Of a stretch of DNA of 64,000 nt, positions 38,914 through 49,635 are shown one piece after another. The stretch spans positions 8 to 64,007 of the forward strand of contig CAYNRI010000003.1 in NCBI GenBank assembly GCA_964399575.1, in the 5' to 3' direction. Numbering within the stretch: position 1 is the first letter of the stretch; each line of letters begins with the position of its first letter. The translations under genes were made by a program, and so were the position numbers. The notes below the pieces were generated by a model. That model had not been told where the DNA came from. It worked only from the letters and a program-made list of their open reading frames with translations, and did no database searches. This DNA comes from an uncultured Rikenellaceae bacterium. GTDB lineage: Bacteria > Bacteroidota > Bacteroidia > Bacteroidales > VadinHA17.

Positions 38914-40089
38914 ATGGTAACTACAGGTCTTGAAATATTGGCCGGGGATTTTCCCTACAGCTTAAAAGGCAAAAGGATAAGTGTTCTTTGTCATGCACCA
39001 AGCATTGCAAGGGATTTTACTCACATTACCGATATCCTGTCTGAAATGAAAGATATCAGGCTCTCAGCAATTTTTGGTCCGCAGCATGGCATCTTTGGTC
39101 AGACTCAGGATAACATGATTGAATGGGAAGGGACGATACATCCAAAGTTCGGGATTCCTGTATACAGCCTGTACGGGCAGCACCGGAAACCGACACCTGA
39201 AATGCTTGGTGAAACTGATGCACTGCTTATTGATCTGCAGGATGTTGGAGCACGTCTTTACACCTACATATGGACAGTCAAACTATGTATGGAAGCCTGT
39301 TCCGAACTTAATATCCCGGTATGGATTCTTGACAGGCCGAATCCCATCGGCAGGCTGCCTGCTGATGGTCCGGTACTGAAGGAGGAGTATTTTACATTTG
39401 TCGGAGGGGCATCGATACCTTTGTGCCACAGAATGACGATCGGGGAAATGGCTTTATGGATCAGGGAGAAATATCTTCCCGGTTGTGAACTGAATGTGAT
39501 ATTGATGAAAGGATGGCACCGTTCCTCACTTTATTCTGAAACAGGTTTGCCATGGGTCCTCCCTTCACCCAATATGCCCTCGCTTCAGACTGCGCTTGTT
39601 TATCCGGGCACAGTACTTGCAGAAGCCTTAAACCTTTCAGAGGGAAGAGGCACAACTATCCCATTTGAACTTACAGGCGCTCCATATATTGACCCTTACA
39701 AGCTTAAGGCTAAGCTCGACAGAAGGAAATTAGAAGGATGTGTATTCCGGATTCATAATTTCATTCCCGCATTCAATAAATACAAGGATGAATATTGCAA
39801 CGGGTTACAGATACATGTTACTGATCCTGCAAAGTACCACCCTGTCGGGGTCGCACTGGAACTGTTTGATGCTATAATTGAAACTTCAGCCCCTTCTGCC
39901 CTTCAATTCAACCCGCCACCTTATGAGTACGAGAGCAGGCTGATGCCATTCGACATATTATCAGGTGATTCGTTAATGAGGCAGACACTCCGGGAACGGC
40001 TTTCTCTAAAGGATGAAAAAGAGAGATGGCTTTCCGAAATTGAATTATTTCTGACTGAATTTCGCCAGATGTCATTTTACCCTGAATGA
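38914..40089 (+). CDS. DUF1343 family protein (NamZ-like exo-beta-N-acetylmuramidase)
   Basis: LKGKRISVLCHAPSI, IFGPQHG, VYSLYG..RKPTPEML and DLQDVGARLYTYIWT match my recollection of DUF1343/NamZ conserved blocks. Confidence 0.8.
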   Translation: MVTTGLEILAGDFPYSLKGKRISVLCHAPSIARDFTHITDILSEMKDIRLSAIFGPQHGIFGQTQDNMIEWEGTIHPKFGIPVYSLYGQHRKPTPEMLGETDALLIDLQDVGARLYTYIWTVKLCMEACSELNIPVWILDRPNPIGRLPADGPVLKEEYFTFVGGASIPLCHRMTIGEMALWIREKYLPGCELNVILMKGWHRSSLYSETGLPWVLPSPNMPSLQTALVYPGTVLAEALNLSEGRGTTIPFELTGAPYIDPYKLKAKLDRRKLEGCVFRIHNFIPAFNKYKDEYCNGLQIHVTDPAKYHPVGVALELFDAIIETSAPSALQFNPPPYEYESRLMPFDILSGDSLMRQTLRERLSLKDEKERWLSEIELFLTEFRQMSFYPE

Positions 40090-40108
40090 AAGAAATCTTC
40101 TATATGCT

Positions 40109-40507
40109 TCAGATCGTCAGGTTAGCTTTAGCTACTATTGCCGAGAGTTTTTCAACAAGCTGGTCAGGATAAATAGGCTTTATAATGTAATCATCAAAAT
40201 CAGAGGATCTTATTTTTTCAAGATCATCAGCAAGGCTGTAAGCAGTCTGTGCAATTATTTTACCCTTATGCTCTGATTTTTTTATTTTTGTTGCCGCAGC
40301 ATATCCATTAAGAATCGGTAATTGTATATCCATAAGGATCAATGCAATATCAGGATTTCTTTCTGCAATTCCTACAGCTTCGCTTCCATCTCCGGCGTTA
40401 ATTAATACTGCTCCTGTCCTTTCGAGTATTTTATTCAGGTAGAGCCTGCTTGGAAGATCATCTTCAACGATCAGAATCTTTTTCCCCTTAAGAATTGAAT
40501 TTTCCAT
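40109..40507 (-). CDS. single-domain response regulator (receiver only)
   Basis: KILIVEDD, the phospho-acceptor context ILMDIQLP and a conserved Lys region (IIAQTAY). Confidence 0.85.
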   Translation of the reverse strand: MENSILKGKKILIVEDDLPSRLYLNKILERTGAVLINAGDGSEAVGIAERNPDIALILMDIQLPILNGYAAATKIKKSEHKGKIIAQTAYSLADDLEKIRSSDFDDYIIKPIYPDQLVEKLSAIVAKANLTI

Positions 40508-40519
40508 TTGATAATATGT

Positions 40520-40903
40520 TCATTCGAATAATCCATCATCACGTAAAAGCAGTAGTATAGCTGATTGAGGGACAACAATATACTTCTCCTTGTTGAACTC
40601 TATCTCAATTGCATTACTCTGAAGATAAACAGCCTGATCTCCCTCCTTTGGCTGGAGAGGAACATATTTTGGTTCTTCTGTCCGGTTCTTCCATGGTTCA
40701 TCAGTATCGCTCACAGAGGGTATCGGATAGCCTGGTCCGACTTTCAGAACATAACCGATCTGGACTTTCTCATTTTCATTGACACCAGGAGGCAGATACA
40801 AACCGCTTTTTGTTTTTGATTGAGGAGTTTTTGGTTTTATAAGGATCCTGTCACCTATAACTATCAGCTTCTGCAGATCCTTTTCATCAAGTAGTACACT
40901 CAT
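40520..40903 (-). CDS. GroES/Cpn10-family protein (long variant, not next to groEL)
   Basis: IGDRILIKP...KSGLYLP...G.VLKVGPG...EGDQAVY follows the Cpn10 pattern, with an insertion. I place the ATG at 40903; the track start is TTG at 40924. Confidence 0.6.
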   Translation of the reverse strand: MSVLLDEKDLQKLIVIGDRILIKPKTPQSKTKSGLYLPPGVNENEKVQIGYVLKVGPGYPIPSVSDTDEPWKNRTEEPKYVPLQPKEGDQAVYLQSNAIEIEFNKEKYIVVPQSAILLLLRDDGLFE

Positions 40904-41040
40904 CACATAATCGTTAATCAGCAAATTTAGTTTTTTTTGTCTGATATTCTAAGCCGAACGCCGGATTTAGTAATATTGCATTAATGATCAAAGTATTTTT
41001 TAAGGAACAGGAATCATTGACAAAATTTCTAAAATCGCTC

Positions 41041-41130
41041 GAAAATCAATTTAATTACCCCAACCCCAAGGGGAGTAAATTGATTTTCTTCGCTCCCCTT
41101 GGGGCCGGGGTAGACGAAGAAAATCAATTT
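41041..41130. repeat. nested inverted repeats sharing a middle arm (two mutually exclusive hairpins)
   Basis: gaaaatcaattt (41041-41052), aaattgattttcttcg (41077-41092) and cgaagaaaatcaattt (41115-41130). The two loops carry CCCCAAGGGGAG and its exact reverse complement CTCCCCTTGGGG. Confidence 0.8.
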
Positions 41131-41188
41131 CTTCTTGGGCATGATTTCTGATACTCATAAAAATAAATTCCGGCCCTGACTATTCGTA

Positions 41189-41797
41189 ATGGATAAACCT
41201 GATACATATAAAACAATAAAATCCCCTTCCGAAGGATTGTACAAAGAAAAAGGCAGCAAATTCATTGCTGTTGCCTGGCCTGCTGGGAATGAGGCGGAGG
41301 TTAAATCTATCCTGGAAGAGACCAAAAGAAAATATCATGATGCAAGACATCATTCATACAGCTATGTCATAGGCGCCGATTCAGGGATATGGAGGGTCAA
41401 TGATGACGGTGAACCGTCGGGAACAGCCGGAAGACCAATACTTGGACAGATCAGATCTTTTGGTCTGACAAACGTTCTTGTTGTAGTTTCAAGGTACTTC
41501 GGCGGCAAATTACTTGGCGCAAGCGGATTGACCAATGCATATAAAGCAGCAGCCAGATCTGCCCTGTTAAATGCAGAAATAACAGACAGCGTTATAACTG
41601 AGAATTTCGAGTTGATCTTCCCTTATAAGTCACTCAGTATTGTGATGAAGATACTGAAGGAATACAATATTGAGCAGGCAGAGCATAATTTTGATAACGA
41701 GTGCAGAATGCTTATCCAGATAAGGTTATCTTTGAAAGAATCTGTCTTATCCCACCTCTCAAGGATTGAGAATCTTTCAGTAAAACAATTATCCTGA
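41189..41797 (+). CDS. YigZ / IMPACT-family protein
   Basis: KGSKFIA, HHSYSY and DDGEPSGTAGRPIL are hallmark UPF0029 motifs. Confidence 0.8.
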   Translation: MDKPDTYKTIKSPSEGLYKEKGSKFIAVAWPAGNEAEVKSILEETKRKYHDARHHSYSYVIGADSGIWRVNDDGEPSGTAGRPILGQIRSFGLTNVLVVVSRYFGGKLLGASGLTNAYKAAARSALLNAEITDSVITENFELIFPYKSLSIVMKILKEYNIEQAEHNFDNECRMLIQIRLSLKESVLSHLSRIENLSVKQLS

Positions 41798-41945
41798 AAC
41801 TGATCGGGTACACAGCAAAATCTTCAGGGTGATCTGTCATCTTTCCTAAAAGTTGTTAATTAATTATCAACACACAAGCCCCGAATAACAATTCTTAAGT
41901 AATTTTGATAATATACAAAATTCAGCTCATTAATCCGGTAATTCA

Positions 41946-42854
41946 ATGAAAGACAGGAGCTTAGTATCAATTGACGATTTCACAACCGAGGATATCCTGG
42001 AGACTCTTGACCTGGCAGAAGAGTTTGAAAAAAAGCCTGTGCAAAACCTGCTTGAAGGCAAAGTGATCGCTACACTGTTCTTTGAACCATCAACCCGTAC
42101 ACGACTGAGTTTCGAAAGTGCTATCAACAGGTTAGGAGGCAAAATTGTTGGTTTTGCAGATTCAAGCACATCAAGTGTTTCAAAAGGTGAGACCCTTCAT
42201 GATACAATCAAAATGGTCAGCAGCTACAGTGATCTGATAGTGATGAGACACCCCGTTGAGGGAAGCGCCAGATATGCCAGTGAAATAGCTTCTGTTCCGG
42301 TAATAAATGCAGGTGATGGCGCAAATCAGCATCCTACACAGACTATGCTTGACCTGTACTCTATAAGGAAGACCCAGGGAACGCTTGATAACCTGAATAT
42401 TTTTATGGTGGGTGACCTAAAATATGGAAGGACAGTTCATTCACTTATGATGGCAATGTCGAGGTGGAACACCACCTTTAACTTCATAGCTCCTGAAGAA
42501 TTAAAGTTGCCTGATGAGTTCAAGTTATACCTTGAAAACCTTGGCCTGAAATACTATGAACACTCAGATTTTACAGATATTATTTCAAGGGCTGATATTA
42601 TATACATGACAAGGGTCCAGAAGGAAAGATTTTCAGATCCGATAGAATATGAGAAGGTCAAAAATGTATATGTACTAAGAAATTCGATGCTTATAAATAC
42701 AAAGTCCACAATGCGGATTCTTCATCCCCTTCCGAGGGTCAATGAAATAAATCCTGATGTTGATTCCAACCCGAAAGCATACTATTTTGAACAAGCGCTT
42801 AATGGTGTTTTTACAAGGCAGGCAATACTCTGCAAATTATTAGGGATCAAATAA
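41946..42854 (+). CDS. pyrB: aspartate carbamoyltransferase catalytic subunit
   Basis: [17 protein letters not shown] and HPLPR motifs. Confidence 0.95.
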   Translation: MKDRSLVSIDDFTTEDILETLDLAEEFEKKPVQNLLEGKVIATLFFEPSTRTRLSFESAINRLGGKIVGFADSSTSSVSKGETLHDTIKMVSSYSDLIVMRHPVEGSARYASEIASVPVINAGDGANQHPTQTMLDLYSIRKTQGTLDNLNIFMVGDLKYGRTVHSLMMAMSRWNTTFNFIAPEELKLPDEFKLYLENLGLKYYEHSDFTDIISRADIIYMTRVQKERFSDPIEYEKVKNVYVLRNSMLINTKSTMRILHPLPRVNEINPDVDSNPKAYYFEQALNGVFTRQAILCKLLGIK

Positions 42855-42866
42855 ATCATCTGAACT

Positions 42867-43325
42867 ATGAAGGAACCGAAACAACTAAGTGTGAGTGCGA
42901 TCGAGAACGGAACAGTAATTGATCATATTCCTGCAAAAAACCTTTTTAAGGTCATTCAGATCCTTGGACTCGACAGATTCGATAATCAAATCACTTTCGG
43001 GACAAACCTTGAAAGTAAAAAGCTGGGAAAGAAAGCTATCATAAAGATCGCAGGTAAGTTTTTTGAAGATGCTGATATAAACAGGATCGCTCTTGTAGCA
43101 CCTGATGCTAAACTTAACATAATCAAAGATTACGAAGTCGTTGAAAAGAAAGTAGTAGAAGTACCTGACTTTATTACCGGTATCGCAAAATGCATGAATC
43201 CGAAATGCATAACAAACTCTGAAGCTGTTAAAACAAGGTTCAGGGTTGTATCTAAAAAGAATGTGACTCTGAAGTGCTACTATTGTGAAAAAATAACAAA
43301 CCAGGAAAATCTTCAGATATTTTAG
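42867..43325 (+). CDS. pyrI: aspartate carbamoyltransferase regulatory subunit
   Basis: V.AI.NGTVIDHIP at the N-terminus and a C-terminal zinc domain (CMNPKC ... CYYCEK). It lies directly after pyrB. Confidence 0.9.
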   Translation: MKEPKQLSVSAIENGTVIDHIPAKNLFKVIQILGLDRFDNQITFGTNLESKKLGKKAIIKIAGKFFEDADINRIALVAPDAKLNIIKDYEVVEKKVVEVPDFITGIAKCMNPKCITNSEAVKTRFRVVSKKNVTLKCYYCEKITNQENLQIF

Positions 43326-43342
43326 CAGCTGATACCCTCTGT

Positions 43343-43810
43343 CTATCTGAGCCTTTCATAAGATCTTACAAGTTTCTCATCTTTTCTTATACCTCTGTAT
43401 GCGAGATAAGAAAATATCAGCATCAGCAGTGGAAGTATAAGGGTTATCCTGTAATTTATTCCTGCATTGTATTCAGACGATACATAGTACGCGTACCAGA
43501 CCAAAGCCAGAATCAGTAATATTGTAATGCAAATCAGGCCTGCTGCAAACTTCAACTGAATTTTTCTGTTCCTGAATAAAAAGATTGTTATTACAGAGAC
43601 AATGAAGATCATTACTAAAATGACCGCCGGTGCAAATATGGTCCCGGCATTTTCAAGTGTGCCAGAGGAATCAATCTTCTGTAAATCTGTAAGCCGTATC
43701 GAATAGATTGTATCCGAACTATCGTTGAATGACAAAATTGTTCCGCTAAGTAATACTGCTGAAAGTAATGCGCTTATTAAAAGATAAACCGATTGAATAC
43801 GCTGGATCAT
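43343..43810 (-). CDS. DUF4293 family membrane protein
   Basis: The N-terminus MIQRIQSVYLLISALL and the 4-TM layout match my recollection of DUF4293. Confidence 0.65.
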   Translation of the reverse strand: MIQRIQSVYLLISALLSAVLLSGTILSFNDSSDTIYSIRLTDLQKIDSSGTLENAGTIFAPAVILVMIFIVSVITIFLFRNRKIQLKFAAGLICITILLILALVWYAYYVSSEYNAGINYRITLILPLLMLIFSYLAYRGIRKDEKLVRSYERLR

Positions 43811-44059
43811 AATCTTTTTTTTATTGATTTGTGCAAAAATAATCTGTTTTAGGATATTTATGCTTATCAGTAATTAATCCTGAGTGAAAGATATTAATAC
43901 TATTTTATGAATATTTAACATATTTTAAAAAACCTTGACAGACTATAACTTTCTAATTTTCTACCTTTGGGCATTCTAAATTCCGGCTGGTATATCATTG
44001 AACCAAATCAGACAGAAAATGTCTTACCGGAATTGAAAACATTTAGTCATTCAAGCCTT

Positions 44060-45184
44060 ATGAATAAGAAAAGAATCAGGATAGCAATTACAATATTGAT
44101 TATAGCTGTAATTGCTTTTATAATAGCATTTCCAAAACTCAAACCGCTATTTGCAGCAGGTTCGTCAGCTGAAAGCAGGACTGGTCAGGGACCAGGAAGG
44201 GGACCGATGCGGGGACCCGTCAGGGAAGCACTCCTTGTTAGCGGATTTATGATACAACCACAGGAATTAAGTGATTTGTATAAAAGCACAGGTACCCTGA
44301 GACCGGATGAAGATGTAGAACTGGCGTTTGAAACATCCGGCAAAATTGTCGGGATAAATTTCACAGAAGGCACCAGGGTAAAAAAAGGTGATCTTCTGGC
44401 TAAGATAAACGACAAACCATTGCAGGCTCAGCTTGAAAAGCTTAATGCCCAGAGGAAGCTTGCCGAAGAAAAAGAATTCAGGCAAAGGAGCTTACTCAAC
44501 AAGGATGCCATAAGCCAGGAAAGTTACGACCAGATAGTTACAGAGCTTCAGACGAACCAGGCAGACATAAATCTTGTGAAAGCCCGTATATCGGAAACAG
44601 AATTGCGTGCTCCCTTTGACGGGATAATAGGATTAAGGAATGTAAGCGAAGGGAGTTATACTAATCCTTCTACAAAAATAGCCAGGCTTGTGAAGATAAG
44701 TCCGATCAAGATCGAATTCTCAATCCCTGAAAAATACGTAAACCAGGTTCAGATAGGGTATCCGCTTACTTTTTCTGTTGATGGCACCAATAAGACTTAT
44801 GAAGCACAGGTATATGCTGTTGATCCTCAGATCGAAGAAGCAACAAGAAGCATTGTTATCAGGGCTCTTCATCCGAACAAGACCGAAGAACTAAAACCAG
44901 GCCGTTTTGTAACTGTCACCCTGTTGCTGTCGCGTATAGATAATGCAATTGCAGTCCCTGCTGAAGCTATAATACCTGAAATGGAAGGGGAAATGGTATT
45001 TGTTTACAAAAAGGGCAAAGCTTCAGGCATAAGAGTAAAGACAGGCCTCAGAACAGAATCATTGGTTCAGATTGTCGACGGACTGAATTACGGGGACACG
45101 GTCCTTACTACCGGTATCCTTCAGTTAAGGCAGGATCTGTCTGTGAAGCTTGATACCCTATTCAAAAATTTAGCAGTTAATTAA
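44060..45184 (+). CDS. RND efflux periplasmic adaptor (membrane fusion protein)
   Basis: TM anchor, coiled-coil hairpin and beta-barrel domains. I place the start at MNKKRIRIA (ATG at 44060), not at the track start 43967. Confidence 0.85.
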   Translation: MNKKRIRIAITILIIAVIAFIIAFPKLKPLFAAGSSAESRTGQGPGRGPMRGPVREALLVSGFMIQPQELSDLYKSTGTLRPDEDVELAFETSGKIVGINFTEGTRVKKGDLLAKINDKPLQAQLEKLNAQRKLAEEKEFRQRSLLNKDAISQESYDQIVTELQTNQADINLVKARISETELRAPFDGIIGLRNVSEGSYTNPSTKIARLVKISPIKIEFSIPEKYVNQVQIGYPLTFSVDGTNKTYEAQVYAVDPQIEEATRSIVIRALHPNKTEELKPGRFVTVTLLLSRIDNAIAVPAEAIIPEMEGEMVFVYKKGKASGIRVKTGLRTESLVQIVDGLNYGDTVLTTGILQLRQDLSVKLDTLFKNLAVN

Positions 45185-45190
45185 TCAGCA

Positions 45191-48100
45191 ATGAGTCTGT
45201 CATCATTAAGTATAAACCGACCCGTTCTTGCATCGGTATTCGCGATAGTCATAATACTCTTCGGTATTGTTGGATTTACTTTTCTGGGCATTCGTGAGTT
45301 CCCAAGCGTTGATCCTGCTATAATATCGGTTAATGTATCCTACCCGGGGGCTAATTCCGATGTTATCGAGACCCAGATAACCGAACCTCTTGAGCAATCG
45401 ATAAACGGCATCCCAGGAGTAAGAACCTTAACAAGTGTAAGCAGCCAGGGAAGCAGCAGGATCACCGTTGAATTCGAACTATCTGTTGATCTTGAGACAG
45501 CAGCAAATGATGTAAGGGATAAAGTATCCCAGGCACAGAGACGTCTTCCTCAGGATTGTGATCCGCCCACTGTAACAAAGGCGGATGCTGATGCAAATCC
45601 CATATTGTTCCTGACTGTGGAGAGTCAGAAAAGATCATTGCTGGAGCTATCTGAAATAGCAGACCTGACTTTGAAAGAGCAGCTTCAGACAGTATCAGGA
45701 GTAAGTGCAATAAACATCTTTGGGGAAAAAAGATATTCAATGCGTCTCTGGATGGATCCGGCTAAATTAGCTGGATATGGCCTCACTCCAATGGATGTCC
45801 GAAGTGCGATCTCAAGAGAAAATGTTGAACTTCCTTCAGGAAATATTGAAGGTACCACGACCCAGCTTACAATACGGACATTGGGACTAATGACAACGCC
45901 CCAGGAGTTTAATGATCTGATAATAAAACAAAATGGCAGTCAGATTGTAAGGTTTAAGGATGTTGGAAGAGCTGAACTGGGTTCGGAAAATATAAGGAGC
46001 ATACTTAAAAATGATGGTGTGCCAATGGTGCAGCTTGCTGTAGTCCCGCAGCCAGGATCAAATCACATCGAGATTGTTGATGAGATCTACAGGAGGCTGG
46101 AGTATATAAGAAAAGATCTCCCTGATGATGTAAGAGTGAGCGTTAATTATGATAACACTGAATATATACGATCGTCAATAAAAGAGGTTCAGCATACAAT
46201 ATATATTGCATTCGCCCTTGTTGTTGTAATTATCTATTTCTTCCTCCGGAGCTGGAGAGCTACACTGATACCTATCCTTGTAATTCCTGTTTCACTTATC
46301 GGATCTTTTTTCATAATGTACCTTGCCGGCTTTTCAATAAACGTCCTGACACTTCTCGCTATAGTTCTGGCAATTGGTATAGTCGTCGATGATGCTATAG
46401 TTGTAATGGAAAACATATATGTAAAGGTTGAATCAGGCAAGCCTCCAAAACAGGCAGGACTTGAAGGATCCCAGGAAATATTCTTTGCGATCATTTCAAC
46501 TACGATAACACTTGTGTCAGTATTCTTCCCGATCGTTTTCCTGCAGGGTATTACCGGGCGCCTTTTCCGGGAATTCGGGATTGTGATGGCAGGAACTGTA
46601 ACTATTTCTGCGTTTCTGGCTCTCACTTTAACACCAATGGTGTCATCAAAGTTGCTTCGGCATGAAAAAAGGCACAGCTGGTTTTACAGAAAAACAGATC
46701 GTTTCTTTAATAACCTGAATGAATTTTACAGGAAGGGCCTCGAATCATTTCTTAAGCACAGGAATTATGCTTTTATAATACTTATAGCTGCAGTCGTTTT
46801 GATCGGACTGCTCTGGAAAGTAATACCAGCTGAGATGGCTCCACTGGAAGACAGGTCGCAGATCACTGTTAATATGACAGCAGCGGAGGGTTCTGTATAT
46901 GAATACATGCTTGCATATGCTGATGAACTTGAATTACTGATTGAGGAAACAGTTCCTGAGAGGATTAGGTACACAACAATGGTAAGGGGCGGAACTTCAG
47001 CAAACATGAGAATCGTTCTTAGCAAACCTGACGAAAGAAGACGAACACAGCAACAGATAGCAGATCAGTTGTCCGTTGACGTAAGATCAAAAACAAAAGC
47101 CAGAGCTTTTGTCGTACAGCAGTCGACTTTCGGAGGACGACGCGTCGGAATGCCTGTACAATATGTCCTCCAGGCAACATCAATCGAAAAATTAAGGGAA
47201 ATCCTTCCGGTTTTTATGGCAAAAGTCATGGAAAGTGATGTTCTCCAACAGGCTGATGTTAATCTAAAATTCACAAAACCGGAACTAAGGATCCATTTAA
47301 ACAGGGAAAAAGCAATTACAATGGGTGTCTCGACACAGAATATAGGCCAGACCCTTCAGTTAGCACTCAGCGGACAACGTTTCGGTTATTTCTTCATGAA
47401 CGGTAAACAATATCAGATCCTTGGTGAACTGGCCCGTGAGGACAGAAGCAAACCTCTTGACCTGAAATCATTATATGTCAGGAACAGCAGGGGTGACATG
47501 ATCCAGTTTGATAATCTTGTAACATTGAGTGAAGAGACTGCTCCCCCTCAGCTATACAGGTACAACAGATTTGTGGCTGCAACGATTTCAGCAGGCCTTG
47601 TCAAGGGAAAAACAATCAGTGAAGGCCTTGATGAGATGGACAGAATTGCCGATGAAGTTCTTGATGATTCGTTCCGGACAGCCCTTGCAGGTGACTCAAA
47701 GGATTTCATGGAAAGCTCGTCAAGCCTCATGTTTGCTTTTTCTCTTGCGCTGGTACTGATATTTCTGGTCCTTGCAGCACAGTTTGAGAGCTTCAAGGAT
47801 CCACTGATAGTTATGATGACTGTTCCCCTGGCTCTTACAGGTGCTCTCTTTTTTATGTGGTATTTCGATATTACGATGAATATCTTCAGCCAGATCGGAC
47901 TCATAATGCTCATCGGACTGGTATCCAAGAACGGGATACTGCTTGTGGAATTTGCTAACCAGAGAAAAGCTGCGGGAATGTCCAAACTGGAGGCAATCAA
48001 GTTTTCCGCGGCATCCCGTTTCAGACCAATCCTTATGACAAGCATGGCTACCATACTGGGTATATCTCCGCTGGCACTGGGCTTCGGAGAAGGTGCACAA

Positions 48101-48244
48101 AGCCGTGTTGCGATGGGTATTGCGGTAGTCGGAGGAATGATCTTTTCAACTCTCCTGACACTATTTGTAGTTCCAGCCATATATACATATATCTCCAGTG
48201 AAACAAAAATTACAGTTGATGAAAATAAGGTTACTACTGATTAA
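45191..48244 (+). CDS. RND efflux pump inner-membrane permease (AcrB/HAE1 family)
   Basis: 1017 aa with 12-TM, two-large-loop RND architecture (INRPVLA...GIVVDDAIVVMENI). Confidence 0.9.
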   Translation: MSLSSLSINRPVLASVFAIVIILFGIVGFTFLGIREFPSVDPAIISVNVSYPGANSDVIETQITEPLEQSINGIPGVRTLTSVSSQGSSRITVEFELSVDLETAANDVRDKVSQAQRRLPQDCDPPTVTKADADANPILFLTVESQKRSLLELSEIADLTLKEQLQTVSGVSAINIFGEKRYSMRLWMDPAKLAGYGLTPMDVRSAISRENVELPSGNIEGTTTQLTIRTLGLMTTPQEFNDLIIKQNGSQIVRFKDVGRAELGSENIRSILKNDGVPMVQLAVVPQPGSNHIEIVDEIYRRLEYIRKDLPDDVRVSVNYDNTEYIRSSIKEVQHTIYIAFALVVVIIYFFLRSWRATLIPILVIPVSLIGSFFIMYLAGFSINVLTLLAIVLAIGIVVDDAIVVMENIYVKVESGKPPKQAGLEGSQEIFFAIISTTITLVSVFFPIVFLQGITGRLFREFGIVMAGTVTISAFLALTLTPMVSSKLLRHEKRHSWFYRKTDRFFNNLNEFYRKGLESFLKHRNYAFIILIAAVVLIGLLWKVIPAEMAPLEDRSQITVNMTAAEGSVYEYMLAYADELELLIEETVPERIRYTTMVRGGTSANMRIVLSKPDERRRTQQQIADQLSVDVRSKTKARAFVVQQSTFGGRRVGMPVQYVLQATSIEKLREILPVFMAKVMESDVLQQADVNLKFTKPELRIHLNREKAITMGVSTQNIGQTLQLALSGQRFGYFFMNGKQYQILGELAREDRSKPLDLKSLYVRNSRGDMIQFDNLVTLSEETAPPQLYRYNRFVAATISAGLVKGKTISEGLDEMDRIADEVLDDSFRTALAGDSKDFMESSSSLMFAFSLALVLIFLVLAAQFESFKDPLIVMMTVPLALTGALFFMWYFDITMNIFSQIGLIMLIGLVSKNGILLVEFANQRKAAGMSKLEAIKFSAASRFRPILMTSMATILGISPLALGFGEGAQSRVAMGIAVVGGMIFSTLLTLFVVPAIYTYISSETKITVDENKVTTD

Positions 48245-49541
48245 TATATTGATATTTAGCACATTAATATCTATCCAATCGCAACCTGTTTACGATCTGA
48301 AAGAATGCATCAGAACCGGGCTCGAGAGGAATTTCTCACTTCTGATCACCAGGAACAGTGAATCAATTGCGAATAATAATTTTACTATAGGAAATGCCGG
48401 GTTCCTTCCCTCTCTTGATGTCAGCGGACGACACAGCGGTTCCCTTAATGATATAACCAGAAACCTTACTGACGGAGGTCAGAGCATTTCTGACAATGAT
48501 TATAATACAACATCAGCAGGGTCATTATCAATGGGAATGACAATATTCAACGGGTTCAGCGTCAGGACAACCTATAAAAAACTTAATGAGCTGAAGCAGA
48601 TTGGTGAACTGAATACGCAACTATCTGTTGAAAATCTACTTGCGGATATAATTTCGGGCTATTATAATTACATTGAACAGGTTCAGCTGTATAGTAATCT
48701 CAGTTATGCTGTGGCGCTATCCAAAGAGCGTCTCAGGATTGATGAAGACAGGTATCTCCTGGGATCAAGTTCCAAGCTGCAGGTACTTCAATCGAGAGTA
48801 TACGTCAACTCTGACAGTTCAAGACTTTCCAGACAAAACGAAGTTGTAAGAGCTGCTCAGATAAGGCTGAACGAATTGATGGCAATAGAAGACCTCAGTC
48901 TTTTTTTCACGTCAAGGGACACGGCAATTGACCTTAATCCTGATCTGATATACGAAAAGCTTATTGAAGAAACATTGGCAAATAACACAAGCCTTCAGCT
49001 TGCATTAAAAAACAAGACAATCTCAGAATACGATTACAAAATTATCAAATCCCGCTCCTATCCTTATCTGAACGTTTCATCCGGGTACAGTTACAATTTC
49101 AATACATATTCATCAGGCACTTCGAAGAACCAGATTACAAACGGAATGAATTATGGGGCAACAGTTGGAATGAATATCTTTGACGGTTTCAATCAGCGGA
49201 GGCAGATTCGCAATTCTTCAATAGAAGTTGAGTCAAAAGAGCTAAGATACCGTGAGATTGAGCTTGGAGTCAGGGCCGACCTGCTTACTATATACAGTGC
49301 ATACTCAAATTATCTCCGCCTTATAAAGCTTGAGATGCAGAATCTGCAGACTGCTTCTGAAAACCAGGAGATTGCGATGGAGAGATACAGACTGGGTGCG
49401 CTTTCAGGAATAGAACTGAGAGAGGTACAGAAGAGTCTGCTTGATGCCAGGGAAAGTCTCCTCTCGGTCCAGTATCAGGCAAAACTGGCCGAGATATCTC
49501 TGTTGCTTATCTCCGGCAGGATAATGGAATACTATAATTAG
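48219..49541 (+). CDS. TolC-family outer-membrane efflux protein
   Basis: Signal peptide and two repeated TolC-type helical/beta halves. I use the ATG at 48219; the track start is GTG at 48198. It overlaps the end of the RND gene. Confidence 0.8.
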   Translation: MKIRLLLINILIFSTLISIQSQPVYDLKECIRTGLERNFSLLITRNSESIANNNFTIGNAGFLPSLDVSGRHSGSLNDITRNLTDGGQSISDNDYNTTSAGSLSMGMTIFNGFSVRTTYKKLNELKQIGELNTQLSVENLLADIISGYYNYIEQVQLYSNLSYAVALSKERLRIDEDRYLLGSSSKLQVLQSRVYVNSDSSRLSRQNEVVRAAQIRLNELMAIEDLSLFFTSRDTAIDLNPDLIYEKLIEETLANNTSLQLALKNKTISEYDYKIIKSRSYPYLNVSSGYSYNFNTYSSGTSKNQITNGMNYGATVGMNIFDGFNQRRQIRNSSIEVESKELRYREIELGVRADLLTIYSAYSNYLRLIKLEMQNLQTASENQEIAMERYRLGALSGIELREVQKSLLDARESLLSVQYQAKLAEISLLLISGRIMEYYN

Positions 49542-49635
49542 TTTGCGTCTACAGTACACCGGGCTTTAAAATGCCTTCATGACCTCTTAGCTTATAAAGC
49601 AGAAAATCATTACTTTTGTTCTTCAATCAATCCTG

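Noticed and set aside
45206-48180. Several antisense ORFs inside the RND pump gene (for example 47548..48180, 210 aa, and 46234..46626, 130 aa)
   Set aside because: These are shadow ORFs on the opposite strand of a confidently identified 1017-aa AcrB-family gene, with no independent motifs.
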